From a virus: 64,000 nucleotides of DNA. Position 1 is the first letter of the stretch. Each line of letters opens with the position of its first letter. Where the stretch lies: the IMG/VR virus record IMGVR_UViG_3300027747_001183. One strand, given 5' to 3'. The notes under the pieces are model-generated. The model searched no databases. It was given only the letters and a program-made list of their open reading frames with translations, and was not told the origin of the DNA. Below are positions 9,053 to 18,765 of the stretch, in pieces. The position numbers were made by a program, and so were the translations under genes.

Positions 9053-9375
9053 TTTTTCTTTCGATTAACGATCTTGGTGGCGAGCTTCTTTGTAGCTTCT
9101 TTCTTATCCTTAACAGCCTTCACTGCCATGGTCTCGACAGTATTGACCATGTCAGCAGTATCTTGATACGCCTTGCGAGCGCGCTTCTTTACTGCCGTTA
9201 CGTCTTTATCGATCTCAGCCTCGATCTTCTGACCGAGAGCCTCGATGTTCTCTAGAGACTGCTTGATAGCAGCGTCTGCTGCAGACGCTACTTTCTTCTC
9301 TGCTTCTTTCAAATCGGCGATCTCCTTAGCAGATGCGATGCCGATCCAGTCTTTAATTGCTTTCCACAATGACAT
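9049..9375 (-). CDS. Coiled-coil hypothetical protein
   Basis: Ala/Lys/Glu-rich helical ORF. Confidence 0.6.
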   Translation of the reverse strand: MSLWKAIKDWIGIASAKEIADLKEAEKKVASAADAAIKQSLENIEALGQKIEAEIDKDVTAVKKRARKAYQDTADMVNTVETMAVKAVKDKKEATKKLATKIVNRKKK

Positions 9376-9916
9376 TGTTTAACTCCTGTGTGTATCCATA
9401 CTTAGCTATATAATATGCGTCGATTACGTCAGACGATGGGTTCCACTGCTTCTCAGTCATATCCAGCATCTTCTTTACGTCTACTCCAGTCTCTTCTATG
9501 AAGCACTCCTGAAGTCTTTCTTTGTTCGCGTTTCCTTTGCCGGTAGCGAACTTCTTGATTACCGTGGGGGCGACTACGTGGTACTCGTTGCCCTTCATGA
9601 AGAGGTAGTGCTTCAGCAGGCCTGCATTCTCGGCAATGTTGAAGACCATGCCCGTAGAACCCATGGAGTACCCTTCCATGTAGACAACATCGCCTTCCTG
9701 TACCTTGAATAGCGCCCAGTTGGCGATGTTGTAGTACCTCTGCTCGTTCGACGTATAGTCTAAGTGGAGGTCGCCGTACATATTAGATATATCTATATCA
9801 TACTTCTTATTATTTGTCAAATAATAAAATTTGCACAGATCATACCTAAACTCTTCACCATCAAAGACACAGACGCACGGTGAACTCAGACTATAGTCGA
9901 CTCCAATGATCCTCAT
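9353..9916 (-). CDS. RuvC-like (RNase H fold) nuclease
   Basis: IIGVDYS, YMEGYS, IKKFATGKGNANK, DVIDAY. Confidence 0.75.
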   Translation of the reverse strand: MRIIGVDYSLSSPCVCVFDGEEFRYDLCKFYYLTNNKKYDIDISNMYGDLHLDYTSNEQRYYNIANWALFKVQEGDVVYMEGYSMGSTGMVFNIAENAGLLKHYLFMKGNEYHVVAPTVIKKFATGKGNANKERLQECFIEETGVDVKKMLDMTEKQWNPSSDVIDAYYIAKYGYTQELNNVIVESN

Positions 9917-10173
9917 TCGGAGTCTGTAGAATTCCAGTCAGCAGAAGAGTCTTCGTCGTCATCGTCGTAGTCTTCATCTTCTTCGAACTCTTCTTCTTCC
10001 TCGTCCGAGTGCATGTCTTCTACGAGCGCGTCGAGAACAGGGTCTACACCCTCTTCGATCTCGCCGATGTCCCACTGGTCCATGTCTTCTAGAATGCGAG
10101 TGTAGATCTCAGTCCTTACAGAGTCGTCCTTGACGAGATCTGCGAGTACTTCTGCAATGTGATTGATATCCAT
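9913..10173 (-). CDS. Highly acidic hypothetical protein
   Basis: D/E-rich C-terminus. Confidence 0.6.
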   Translation of the reverse strand: MDINHIAEVLADLVKDDSVRTEIYTRILEDMDQWDIGEIEEGVDPVLDALVEDMHSDEEEEEFEEDEDYDDDDEDSSADWNSTDSE

Positions 10174-10186
10174 GATCGTCTCCTGA

Positions 10187-10992
10187 TTAAAAAAAACTAC
10201 TGGCTATACCTAAAAGATCATCACTTGCAACATTGTCCAATCTATGGTCGAGATTAAATTCTCTCAATATTTCTAAGTTGGATTCCGAATTCTGCTTGAT
10301 TATAGGATATAGAGTCTCATTAAAAAAAAGATTGCTTCCAGTCAAGAGGTCATAGCAATCTATCATTATATATCTATCGCTGTAGCTCTCGTTTATGTTC
10401 CAGTTAAAGTCCCAAAAGTCAATCAACCCACGCTTGAGTCTCTCTCTATTGTTATCTAGACTCTTCTTATAGAAGTAAAGGAACTTAAATATCCATCGCT
10501 TCTCAGGTGGGCAGAATACGCTGTATATAGTAGAGTCCGGAAAGTATTCCTCTATCTTTATTTTATGAAAGTTATGGATTCTAGTTATAAAGTCATATTC
10601 CGGTTCTGAAGATTCTAGATATACGTTTTCATATCCACCTTTAAAGTATAAGTCATCTGCTCTTTCTTGCGGGTAGACGTTTCTCAACTTAGTCATATGG
10701 CTAAAGATATTTCTAGTATCTTCAACTCTACCCTGCATCATACACTCATACGCGCAAGTTCCAAACAGTCTATTCTGTATCTTTACAGACTCTGCTACCC
10801 TGTAAGTATCATACAGTAGAGAGTCTAGAGAACCATCGTATGGCATAAAGTTGTAGCTGTTGAGTTCTTTTTTTCTATGCTGTAAGACTGGCTCATAGAA
10901 AGTAGAGTGCAGCATAAGAGAGATAAACTCACCCATGCTGCCTCTATCATACTGTACTATCTTTAGGTCTTTATAGGTCGACAATCTCACAC
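10187..10992 (-). CDS. Hypothetical protein, possibly P-loop/sulfotransferase-like; start uncertain, overlaps nrdJ end
   Basis: AT-rich ORF; N-terminal YDRGSMGEFI resembles YPHSYGGDFL of 23493..24221. Confidence 0.55.
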
Positions 10993-12896
10993 CCGTCAGC
11001 AGCGCAGGCAAGCGTCTGGGATCCCTTAGTATTGTCTTCCTGCTCATACTCTGCTAGCTTAGACCAGTCAATCTCTTTAGGCATTAGAGACGCGAGCATT
11101 TCATAGTCATTCTTTCCACAGTCTTGGTACGGTGCCTGACGGTACACGTGGTCGAAGTGCGGAAGGAACGAGATTCCAGAGATCTCATCGAAGTTGTTGT
11201 AGACAAAAGCTCCGACATCCATCCACTCATTCTCCTTGACCGAGATGGTAACCGATGGCTTGTGCTCACACCAGTTCTGCTGGTAGATCATCCACATCTT
11301 TAGCTGCTCGATCGCAGACATCTCGTTTCTTGTAATTGCACCGTCCGGTGACTTTACTGGGAAAGAGAATACAGTAGTGGCGTCCGGCTTCATCACGTCC
11401 GGCTCATTAGGGAATCCCATGTCCTTCATGAGCTTAGTGAGTGGGTCCTTGTTGTCTCCACGTACCGTGCGGATGTAGTATGGGTTGTGGCGAGCATGGA
11501 TGCCGGAAGCAGTATCAGTGAGCTGAGACACGGTACCAGACGGCTTGACGCAGGTCACTGCAGCCGACTGCGGAATGCCGATCTTCTCAGCGTATTCTTT
11601 ATTGGCAGAGACTGCTACTTCGCGCAGTGTGTTGAGCGCCTCGACGAGCTTGTCCTCGCCGTCTTTTCCATTTGTTAAGGTGTTGTCCATAATGCCAGTC
11701 ATAGACACGCCAAGTAGTCTCTCTTCTTCAGTGTTTACCGTCCATGACTTGCGGAGATAAGGGAAGCGAGTCAGCGTTGACTGAAGCGTCCCGAGACGAG
11801 CTGCTAGTCTTACTTTACGAGTTAAGTCACCCAGACTGTCTGTACCGCGCACGACTACCTCAGTCAGGTTGCAGAACTGATTAGGGCGAAGGATGATCTC
11901 AGAGCATGGGTTCGTGCCAAACTCAAAGTCTGGATTACGACGACCGTACTTCTTTGCCTGCTTCTGAGAAGCAACGCGAGAGAAGATACCGCGCTCACCT
12001 GACTTGGAGTCGTAGAGTGACAGCCACTCTCTCATGAACGTGCCCATCTCTGGCTTCTCGGTGTATGCTGCCGAGTTGTTCGAGAGCGCGCGCTGTGGGT
12101 TGGTCTCCCACCATGAGCCGTTCTTCGCACCGCGCATGCGCTCGTCAGTGAGATTAGATAGCGAGATCATAGCTGAACGACGAACGCCGCCTACTACGAC
12201 TACCTCTCCGATCTTGCACATGATGTCGTGACACTCGAGTGAGTTGAGCTTGCGACCTGCCGCAGACTTGAACATCTTGACCGTGAACTTGAATAGGTCG
12301 TCGAGTGGGCCCGGGCCAGAAGAGCGGCCGCCGAAGGTCTTGAGGCGAGCACCGGCTGGACGAAGAAGCGAGAGGTCCCACTTTGGAATCTCACCCGAGT
12401 AGAGGAGCGCGATGAGCTGGCGGAATCCCTTTGCCCAGCCTTCCTTTGAGTCCTTGACTGTGATAGTCATCTCGTTGTCGAAAAGCTTCTCTGGTACTTC
12501 TGGAAGCTTATTGACGTACTGACGCTCTACCGAGAAGCCGACGCCGGTTCCGTTCATGAGGATGAGCAGCGTCTCATCGAACGCCTTTGCATCGTCTACT
12601 ACCACGTACGAGCAGTTGTAGGCGCAGGTATTGTCGCGCTCGAGTGCAGGACCCGCAGTCATGAGTGCACGCATGGAAGGCATGACTTCTAGTGCTAGTA
12701 CTGCGTCTTCTAGTTCCTTACGCTCTTCTTTAGAAAGGGTGTAGTCGTTGTTCTTCTGAAGAGAATTCTGCATGAAGTCAAAGTAACGGGCGACAGTCTC
12801 GTTCCAGTTCTCGCGGCGACCCTCCTTGTCGAGGAACTTAGCGTAGCGGCTCTTGTAGATGAATTCTTGGTATAGCGTTGGTAGGAAGTTGCTCAT
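10971..12896 (-). CDS. nrdJ: Class II (adenosylcobalamin-dependent) ribonucleotide reductase
   Basis: MPSMRA, YNCSY, GGVRRSAMI, TNPCSEI, TCVKPSGT, C-terminal CAADGC; start reassigned to MSNFLP. Confidence 0.93.
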   Translation of the reverse strand: MSNFLPTLYQEFIYKSRYAKFLDKEGRRENWNETVARYFDFMQNSLQKNNDYTLSKEERKELEDAVLALEVMPSMRALMTAGPALERDNTCAYNCSYVVVDDAKAFDETLLILMNGTGVGFSVERQYVNKLPEVPEKLFDNEMTITVKDSKEGWAKGFRQLIALLYSGEIPKWDLSLLRPAGARLKTFGGRSSGPGPLDDLFKFTVKMFKSAAGRKLNSLECHDIMCKIGEVVVVGGVRRSAMISLSNLTDERMRGAKNGSWWETNPQRALSNNSAAYTEKPEMGTFMREWLSLYDSKSGERGIFSRVASQKQAKKYGRRNPDFEFGTNPCSEIILRPNQFCNLTEVVVRGTDSLGDLTRKVRLAARLGTLQSTLTRFPYLRKSWTVNTEEERLLGVSMTGIMDNTLTNGKDGEDKLVEALNTLREVAVSANKEYAEKIGIPQSAAVTCVKPSGTVSQLTDTASGIHARHNPYYIRTVRGDNKDPLTKLMKDMGFPNEPDVMKPDATTVFSFPVKSPDGAITRNEMSAIEQLKMWMIYQQNWCEHKPSVTISVKENEWMDVGAFVYNNFDEISGISFLPHFDHVYRQAPYQDCGKNDYEMLASLMPKEIDWSKLAEYEQEDNTKGSQTLACAADGCEIVDL

Positions 12897-13051
12897 TTCT
12901 CTTCTTCTTTCTTCTTTAAGATTATTGTCTTGCCCTGTACAATCCACTCGAGATCGGTGTACACTGTCCACCCAAGCTCATCTATAATGTTCTCTGGTAA
13001 CTCAATATAGAACTCACCGTCAATGTCCTGCTTTACTTCTAGTATGTTCAT
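12893..13051 (-). CDS. AbrB/MazE/SpoVT-like small DNA-binding protein (52 aa, not in ORF track)
   Basis: MNILEVKQDIDGEFYIELPENIIDELGW...IILKK; ATGA overlaps with both neighbours. Confidence 0.7.
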   Translation of the reverse strand: MNILEVKQDIDGEFYIELPENIIDELGWTVYTDLEWIVQGKTIILKKKEEEK

Positions 13052-14082
13052 GCCTTACTCCATGTAGCGAGTCTCATCTTTGCAGAGAGGCCACTGAACG
13101 TATTTTGATCAATAATAGCTTGGACAACTGGTCCAGAAGAACCAGCCATCACCATGCCGTTAATGTCTTTCTCTTCTACGTGGTCTGGCCAGATGCAGAC
13201 GCTGTAGCCTCTATCAATGCATCGGGTGATCCGCTTGATGATCTCTTTGTTTCTCGGCTCGTTGTCGTATACCACGACGACGTTGCTTGGGTCTCCAAGG
13301 ACAGAAAAGTCCACGTCCGCTCCGGCCATCGCCGCGCAGTTTTCTAGGAATAGACTGTCTATTGGTCCCTCGACGATGTAGGTTCTCTTCTTCTTGTCGA
13401 CTGTGTCGAGCCCGAAGATCTTGTCCTTTGAGTCGTCGAGTATGATAGTAGCATATCGCACTTTAGAAGCTGGGCTGATGGAGCGCCCGGTAAAGCCAAA
13501 CACGTAGCCGTTGCTGTCGATGAATGGGAGTACGATTCTCGGTTCATCGTTCTTAAGCGCGTTCTCACTGAACTTGTTGGGTACCATGGAGTTAACCCAT
13601 GTGTAATATATATCGGAATAGTAGATTCGCCAGTGAGCGTTAGATGGTATCTTTCGAGATACCACGTATCTCTTTGCTGGATGGTTCTCCTTCAGCTGAG
13701 AGATCTTCGGCATGTCCTTGAACGGTTCGAACTTATCTATGCGTCGCTGAGAGAACTTAGAGATATCGGCTACGAAGGGCTGGGGAGCTTCCTGTCCGAG
13801 CTCTCGCATGACTTCTAGTCGATATTCAGTATATAGGGAGGGATTGTAGGTCTTGAGGAACTTCGAGAGTGAAGCCCCTGCTCCGCAGTTGAAGCACTTG
13901 AAGTTGATGTGACCGTTCTTCTCGTAGAAGTGACCTCTGGTCTTCAACTTGTTGTGGGCTGAGTCGCCACACACGTTACACCTGAACTTAGCATTGTACG
14001 GTGTAGACTTTACTACCTTGAACTGCTCCAGTTGGTTACCCATGATAGAAGCAAACTTTTGGTCAAGCCATAGAGTATTCAT
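13048..14082 (-). CDS. 61: DNA primase (T4 gp61)
   Basis: CNVCGDS..CFNC zinc finger, EPRIVLPF, VEGPIDSLF, YDNEPRN. Confidence 0.95.
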   Translation of the reverse strand: MNTLWLDQKFASIMGNQLEQFKVVKSTPYNAKFRCNVCGDSAHNKLKTRGHFYEKNGHINFKCFNCGAGASLSKFLKTYNPSLYTEYRLEVMRELGQEAPQPFVADISKFSQRRIDKFEPFKDMPKISQLKENHPAKRYVVSRKIPSNAHWRIYYSDIYYTWVNSMVPNKFSENALKNDEPRIVLPFIDSNGYVFGFTGRSISPASKVRYATIILDDSKDKIFGLDTVDKKKRTYIVEGPIDSLFLENCAAMAGADVDFSVLGDPSNVVVVYDNEPRNKEIIKRITRCIDRGYSVCIWPDHVEEKDINGMVMAGSSGPVVQAIIDQNTFSGLSAKMRLATWSKA

Positions 14083-14143
14083 TAACATTACCCTTTTTAA
14101 GTTGGTAATACCATTATACACATTCTGGCAGAGATGTACACAG

Positions 14144-14416
14144 TTATTTTGCTGCTACGGTCTTTTCTGCGTCATCATAGAATTTTTTTATTGAATCAAC
14201 GGAACTCTTGCAGGTAAGGTTGTTTCTCTGCAGCTTTAATATGAGTGTGCCGACTTCTTGGTCAGTCAGAGTCTCGTAGTTCGGGAATCTCTTGATTACT
14301 GGGCAGTCGTACATCTCGGCTGGAGCTTTTACTACCTTGTATTCAGCAGAGATTAAGTGAAGGGGTGTCTGGCAGCCGGCCAGAAGCAGACATGATAGTA
14401 TAAGTAGCTTCTTCAT
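14144..14416 (-). CDS. Outer-membrane spanin (Rz1-like lipoprotein)
   Basis: Lipobox LLAGC; ATGA overlap with upstream TM/coiled-coil gene. Confidence 0.7.
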   Translation of the reverse strand: MKKLLILSCLLLAGCQTPLHLISAEYKVVKAPAEMYDCPVIKRFPNYETLTDQEVGTLILKLQRNNLTCKSSVDSIKKFYDDAEKTVAAK

Positions 14417-14793
14417 TTCTTTTCACCGTATGCTTGATTCAGCTGCTTGACGATACTCTTTAGATAATCAGAAGACGGCGCTGAAGCCCTTCCCTCTGCT
14501 CCGTGCATTATGTCTACCAGAGTCTCGTGTGTGTCTTTCTTCGAGTCTGCTATTACTGCTCGAATCCTAGCAGCGCTGTCTTCTATCTCAGCAGACTTCT
14601 TTTCAAACTCTTGTTTCTGCTGCTGTACTATGGCGTCCTGCTTTGCATTGAACTCTTCTGTAGCCTTGTTCCAGACTTCATGGTCGTGTATCGCAAGCCA
14701 GCTAAAGAACGCTATTCCTGCAGCCACTACTCCGCCGATGAGCCATGGGATAGAAGAACCGCCCGTGAAGAGTGCGAGTACGAATCTTATCAT
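14413..14793 (-). CDS. Inner-membrane spanin (Rz-like)
   Basis: N-terminal TM helix followed by coiled coil; paired with lipoprotein. Confidence 0.7.
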   Translation of the reverse strand: MIRFVLALFTGGSSIPWLIGGVVAAGIAFFSWLAIHDHEVWNKATEEFNAKQDAIVQQQKQEFEKKSAEIEDSAARIRAVIADSKKDTHETLVDIMHGAEGRASAPSSDYLKSIVKQLNQAYGEKK

Positions 14794-16022
14794 GACAGAG
14801 ACAGTGCCTTGTCTCTGCGAGACTTCTGGTAGTCATCCATCTTGTCTAGGTATCCAGCATTTCTGAGATCTTTAAAGACTAGGTTACCGAAAGCAAACTC
14901 CCCATCTTTTCCAATAGAGTCGCCGCGCATGGTCTTTATCTTCTTCTTTATAGCGTCTATCGCGTCATCGTCTGCATTTGTCGATATTAAGTGATCGATC
15001 ATGTCTTTGTAGAACTGCACCTTGTCTTCTAGATGCTCGTCATTAGCAAACTCGAGTTCTAGATGCTGAGGCTCTTGAATCCATGCATTGTTTAAGATTG
15101 AGTATACTCCCTGATCCCTATGAGGAGCTTCCTGTATGTCTTGCGCGTATAGCTCTACTGGGTACCCATAGATGCTGATGTCTGGGTGAGTCAGAGTCCA
15201 TAGAATCTTCTTGTCTTGAAGGTACTCGTCTACTAGCTCACGGTCTGGGTTCATAGCGTCTCTAGATATTACGAGGTGCAGGTCTATGTCAGACATAGGT
15301 GTATAGTTGAAGTTTACGTTACCACCGGTAATGATGATGTCATGTACCATGGCGCGATCGATCTTTGCAAACTTCATCCACGTATCTGCTATCTGCATGA
15401 GTTTTCCGCGGACTTCTGTCTTTAGTCTGTTCTCTTGCCAGAGCTTCGAGTTTAGCTGGTCATGATACTCTAGACTGGTCTCTTTTAGTCCAGTCTGCGC
15501 TACGTGCTTGAGCGGCGTAAGCTTAGACCTTCTAAGAAGACCGGTAGAGTAATTCATGTTACTGCGCCTGTACTTGCGAGCAGCTTCTGGGTTGACTATC
15601 GGGATCTCGCCAGCTCTTGATCCCAGTGCGATTCCTGCGCCTGAAGTTGAGTTTGAAGGAGCGTCTTCGTATAGGTCGTAAACTTCGTTGAGTGTCTTCT
15701 GAAACTCTTCTTCTAGGTTGAAGAGCACGTTGTGTGGGTTCTGCTGGTATGACTCGTACGTCCTCGTAAGGAAGAGGGCTGCAGCGTAGCTAGCGAGCTT
15801 GCTCTTTCCACCTGGAACGAGCGCGATAAGACGCTTTAGGTTGATGACTAGGATGTCGAAGTATGTGCAGATGTTCTGCTCAGCTGGAGTAAACTGCGAC
15901 CTCTGCTTTAGGAACTTTCCGTTTCCATTTATGAGTCCTGCATGATATGCCGGCATCTCTGTGAACGGCGTCACCAGCTTCTTGATAAACTGGTATATCA
16001 TATAGATGTCCATGACTGCCAT
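14790..16022 (-). CDS. T4 61.1-like N-terminal domain fused to a Pol-beta-type nucleotidyltransferase domain
   Basis: N-term YQFIKKLVTPF..NLKRLI..SYAAALFL; C-term ITGGNVNFNY..SDIDLHLV..PVELYAQ. Confidence 0.7.
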   Translation of the reverse strand: MAVMDIYMIYQFIKKLVTPFTEMPAYHAGLINGNGKFLKQRSQFTPAEQNICTYFDILVINLKRLIALVPGGKSKLASYAAALFLTRTYESYQQNPHNVLFNLEEEFQKTLNEVYDLYEDAPSNSTSGAGIALGSRAGEIPIVNPEAARKYRRSNMNYSTGLLRRSKLTPLKHVAQTGLKETSLEYHDQLNSKLWQENRLKTEVRGKLMQIADTWMKFAKIDRAMVHDIIITGGNVNFNYTPMSDIDLHLVISRDAMNPDRELVDEYLQDKKILWTLTHPDISIYGYPVELYAQDIQEAPHRDQGVYSILNNAWIQEPQHLELEFANDEHLEDKVQFYKDMIDHLISTNADDDAIDAIKKKIKTMRGDSIGKDGEFAFGNLVFKDLRNAGYLDKMDDYQKSRRDKALSLS

Positions 16023-16023
16023 C

Positions 16024-16416
16024 TTAGATGTTCCTTAGTGCTCTTACTACGTTCTGGTCGATCTCTATGTCTGAAGTAAGTATAGTCCTGTTGTCTATAC
16101 CAATGCTCTCGACACGATCTGGTAGATTATTTAATGCAATTAAGAACGGGGCTAGACACTTTTCTAGCCCTTGGCACTTAAAAAATAGCATCCGCACAGA
16201 AGCCTGTACACCAAAGAGGTTGAACAGTACTACTATATGGTTTAGAATAAGACGCTCTTTCAGGTCCCCGTCTTCGACGTACCTGTTGAGCAGTCTCTTT
16301 ATGTACTTGAATCTCTTGAGGTCCTCATAGAACTCGATAGTGTCAAAGCACTGCGGATTGTCATAGTGCTTTGCCGCGTAGAGGAGGAAGTTTGATGCGT
16401 CCAGCTTTTCAATCAT
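16024..16416 (-). CDS. Conserved T4-like hypothetical protein
   Basis: YAAKHYDNPQC..EDLKRFKYIKRL..ERLILNH. Confidence 0.75.
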   Translation of the reverse strand: MIEKLDASNFLLYAAKHYDNPQCFDTIEFYEDLKRFKYIKRLLNRYVEDGDLKERLILNHIVVLFNLFGVQASVRMLFFKCQGLEKCLAPFLIALNNLPDRVESIGIDNRTILTSDIEIDQNVVRALRNI

Positions 16417-16417
16417 G

Positions 16418-16768
16418 TTAGAAAGCTGTCAGCGCGACTCTCTTGATGGTATTGTTTGCCGTAGCAACGTAGATGTAGTTTGAGTCGAACCAGATCTTAC
16501 CACGAGTAACAGTATCCCCAGAAGTGGAAGGGGTAGTGTTGTATATTAAAAATAGATTGTTCGCCGTAAAGTTTTGAGACGCTACAGCGTTAGCTGCAAG
16601 AGTAACTGTATTAGAGAATCTAGCGCTGACCACTACGTTAGCGTAGAAGTTAGTCAGCGTTATCTTGACTGTAGTAGGTGAGCCAGCTGGGTCATGGACT
16701 ATTGGAATCACGTCGTTTGCAGATATATAACTTATTGCGTTTAGTCCAGTTATCTTAGTCGCAGTCAT
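16418..16768 (-). CDS. Virion/fibre-associated structural protein
   Basis: KITGL N-terminus; GKIWFDSNYIYVATA..KRVAL C-terminal module. Confidence 0.6.
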   Translation of the reverse strand: MTATKITGLNAISYISANDVIPIVHDPAGSPTTVKITLTNFYANVVVSARFSNTVTLAANAVASQNFTANNLFLIYNTTPSTSGDTVTRGKIWFDSNYIYVATANNTIKRVALTAF

Positions 16769-16790
16769 GCTGGCTCACCTTTACTCGTTA

Positions 16791-17804
16791 TTATGCGTCT
16801 GGGAAGACGTTGTCGTCGTTAGCGTCGCCGGAGATCGAACCCATAGCTACGAGAGTCTCGTAGGTTACGCGTCCTGCGCGGCCGCCGGTGCCTATGGTCC
16901 TCTTTATCCAACCAGCATGAGTACTTGTATGCACGCCGGAAAGGAAAGGTACCGCAGCTGCAGTCACACCGGTAATTGAGTGTCCAGTCTCAGAAACACT
17001 CGCAGTAAGGTCGATGTTAGCGCCACCGCTAGTTGCTGCTAGAGCGATAGTGGTAGTGTTTGCAAACGAGACGTAGTAGCTGGTGTTGTTAGCAAGACCG
17101 CCGACGGCTGTGTTGCCTGTAGCAACTAGATAAGTTAGGCGATCACCGACTGCCCATGTAGTGTTGGCAGTAGAGATCGAGATGGTGTCGTTTGTGTTCG
17201 ATACTGCAGTCAGAGCGTTGAAAGTGATCGCAGTAGGTGCCGAGATAGATAGCGTAGGAGGAGTCAAGAAGCCTGCGCCGTTGTTGGCGAACAGGATCGC
17301 GTCTACCTTACCTGCAGTCACGTGAGCGTTTCCAGATACCGCCACCGTGTTGCCAGTGCCGCCGGTAAATGTAGCAGTAGCATTTGCAGTGTAGCCAGTA
17401 CCGTAGCTGGTGAATGTTACTTCACGTACGGCACCATTAGCTACAGAAGCCTCAGTCGTGTCTAGGCCGTATACAGTGTTTGAGTAGTTGTCGTACAGGT
17501 CAGAAGCATACGCCGCGTTGGAATTGTAGTTTGCGTCCATCACGTAGAACCTAGGCTTCTCGCTGAGAACGTATGCTGCGTTTGCCTGTGCAGTAACAGT
17601 AGTATTCTGGTACTGTCCGACTACCTGAGCAGCCGTGTTTGAAGTGATCGAGCGGATCATGTAGTCGTTGTTGGCCATAAGAATGAAGTCGCCAACCTTT
17701 GCTTCTGTCTGAAATGATGTCGATGTTCCGTTGACAAAGCCGTTCGAACTGATGTTCGCGTAGCCAGAAGCTGTCTTGGAATCTGCATTGCCCCAAAGTG
17801 CCAT
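16791..17804 (-). CDS. Virion structural protein (beta-rich, Thr/Asn/Ala-rich)
   Basis: MALWG start; GTGYT..PTLSI modules; HAGW..GGRAGRV..ETLVAM end. Confidence 0.7.
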   Translation of the reverse strand: MALWGNADSKTASGYANISSNGFVNGTSTSFQTEAKVGDFILMANNDYMIRSITSNTAAQVVGQYQNTTVTAQANAAYVLSEKPRFYVMDANYNSNAAYASDLYDNYSNTVYGLDTTEASVANGAVREVTFTSYGTGYTANATATFTGGTGNTVAVSGNAHVTAGKVDAILFANNGAGFLTPPTLSISAPTAITFNALTAVSNTNDTISISTANTTWAVGDRLTYLVATGNTAVGGLANNTSYYVSFANTTTIALAATSGGANIDLTASVSETGHSITGVTAAAVPFLSGVHTSTHAGWIKRTIGTGGRAGRVTYETLVAMGSISGDANDDNVFPDA

Positions 17805-17805
17805 T

Positions 17806-18291
17806 TTATTTTTCCTCTCCTATAAGGTCTTTAAGATACCCAGATAATTTGTAAAGAATATGCTCACTCTTGATGTGACTAGGTCTGATAGTATCTTTAT
17901 TTATATTCTTGCCGACAGTAGGAGCTGGAAATGCCTTTTCTACTACTTCTGGAAGCGTCTTCAGCTCATTCTTCTTTTGCTTTATGGTCTTTTCAGTCAG
18001 AGAATCTCTAATGTCTGCAAAAGATGTACCTTCTTCAGGCTCGATTGTGGCTACTTCGTTCTTTACTATCAGTCTGCTCTGCTGCTTTATCTCAGTATCA
18101 TGAACTGAGTTTCTCAGATCTGCAAAGGAGACTCCCTCATCTTTTACCTGTTCTTCTACTTTATTTACTACGAGTCTAGACGTCTGCTTTACCACTGTGT
18201 CCGTGACAGACCTGCGCAGGTCTGCAAACGAGACTCCCTCTTCTCTTTCTGAATCTTCAGTCTTGGTGACTTGGTTCTTTACAAGAAGCAT
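17806..18291 (-). CDS. Hypothetical protein with three internal repeats
   Basis: EGVSFADLR / EGVSFADLR / EGTSFADIR. Confidence 0.6.
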   Translation of the reverse strand: MLLVKNQVTKTEDSEREEGVSFADLRRSVTDTVVKQTSRLVVNKVEEQVKDEGVSFADLRNSVHDTEIKQQSRLIVKNEVATIEPEEGTSFADIRDSLTEKTIKQKKNELKTLPEVVEKAFPAPTVGKNINKDTIRPSHIKSEHILYKLSGYLKDLIGEEK

Positions 18292-18725
18292 TACTTGCTC
18301 GTAGCCCTCAGCATCCAACCATGCTTCTTGTGAATATCAGTACGGTCTTGAAGGAAGTTCGACAGCCCGATCTCGCCTGCAGCCTCGGCCGCATCGTATG
18401 CGGTCTTGATGGCTGCAAGTAGAATATTATTATCTGCTAGAGCCATCTTGATCATCTCCGGAGCTGGGATCGGCTCCACCTGATCTTTAATCTTGGTCAT
18501 GTCTAGATAGCGGCTGAGTGAGCCGGGTGCGTACCCCTCGATGGCCCTGATATGCTCAGCGATTGCGTCGTGCGCTTCCCATACCTCGTTGTATAGGGTA
18601 TCTAGGAAACCATGATACTGAGGAAAGTCAGACCCCTCGATGTTCCAGTGAAAGAAGTGCAGCTTTAGGTAAAACGAGAAGTTCGTCGCTAGGTATACTT
18701 TCATAGCGTCCATTAGGTTAGCCAT
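18291..18725 (-). CDS. dps: Dps family ferritin-like protein
   Basis: HFFHWNIEG..FPQYH..DAIAEHIR..HKKHGWML. Confidence 0.92.
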   Translation of the reverse strand: MANLMDAMKVYLATNFSFYLKLHFFHWNIEGSDFPQYHGFLDTLYNEVWEAHDAIAEHIRAIEGYAPGSLSRYLDMTKIKDQVEPIPAPEMIKMALADNNILLAAIKTAYDAAEAAGEIGLSNFLQDRTDIHKKHGWMLRATSK

Positions 18726-18765
18726 TATGCCCCTCCAGCTGACTTAGTGTACAATATATTAATCA

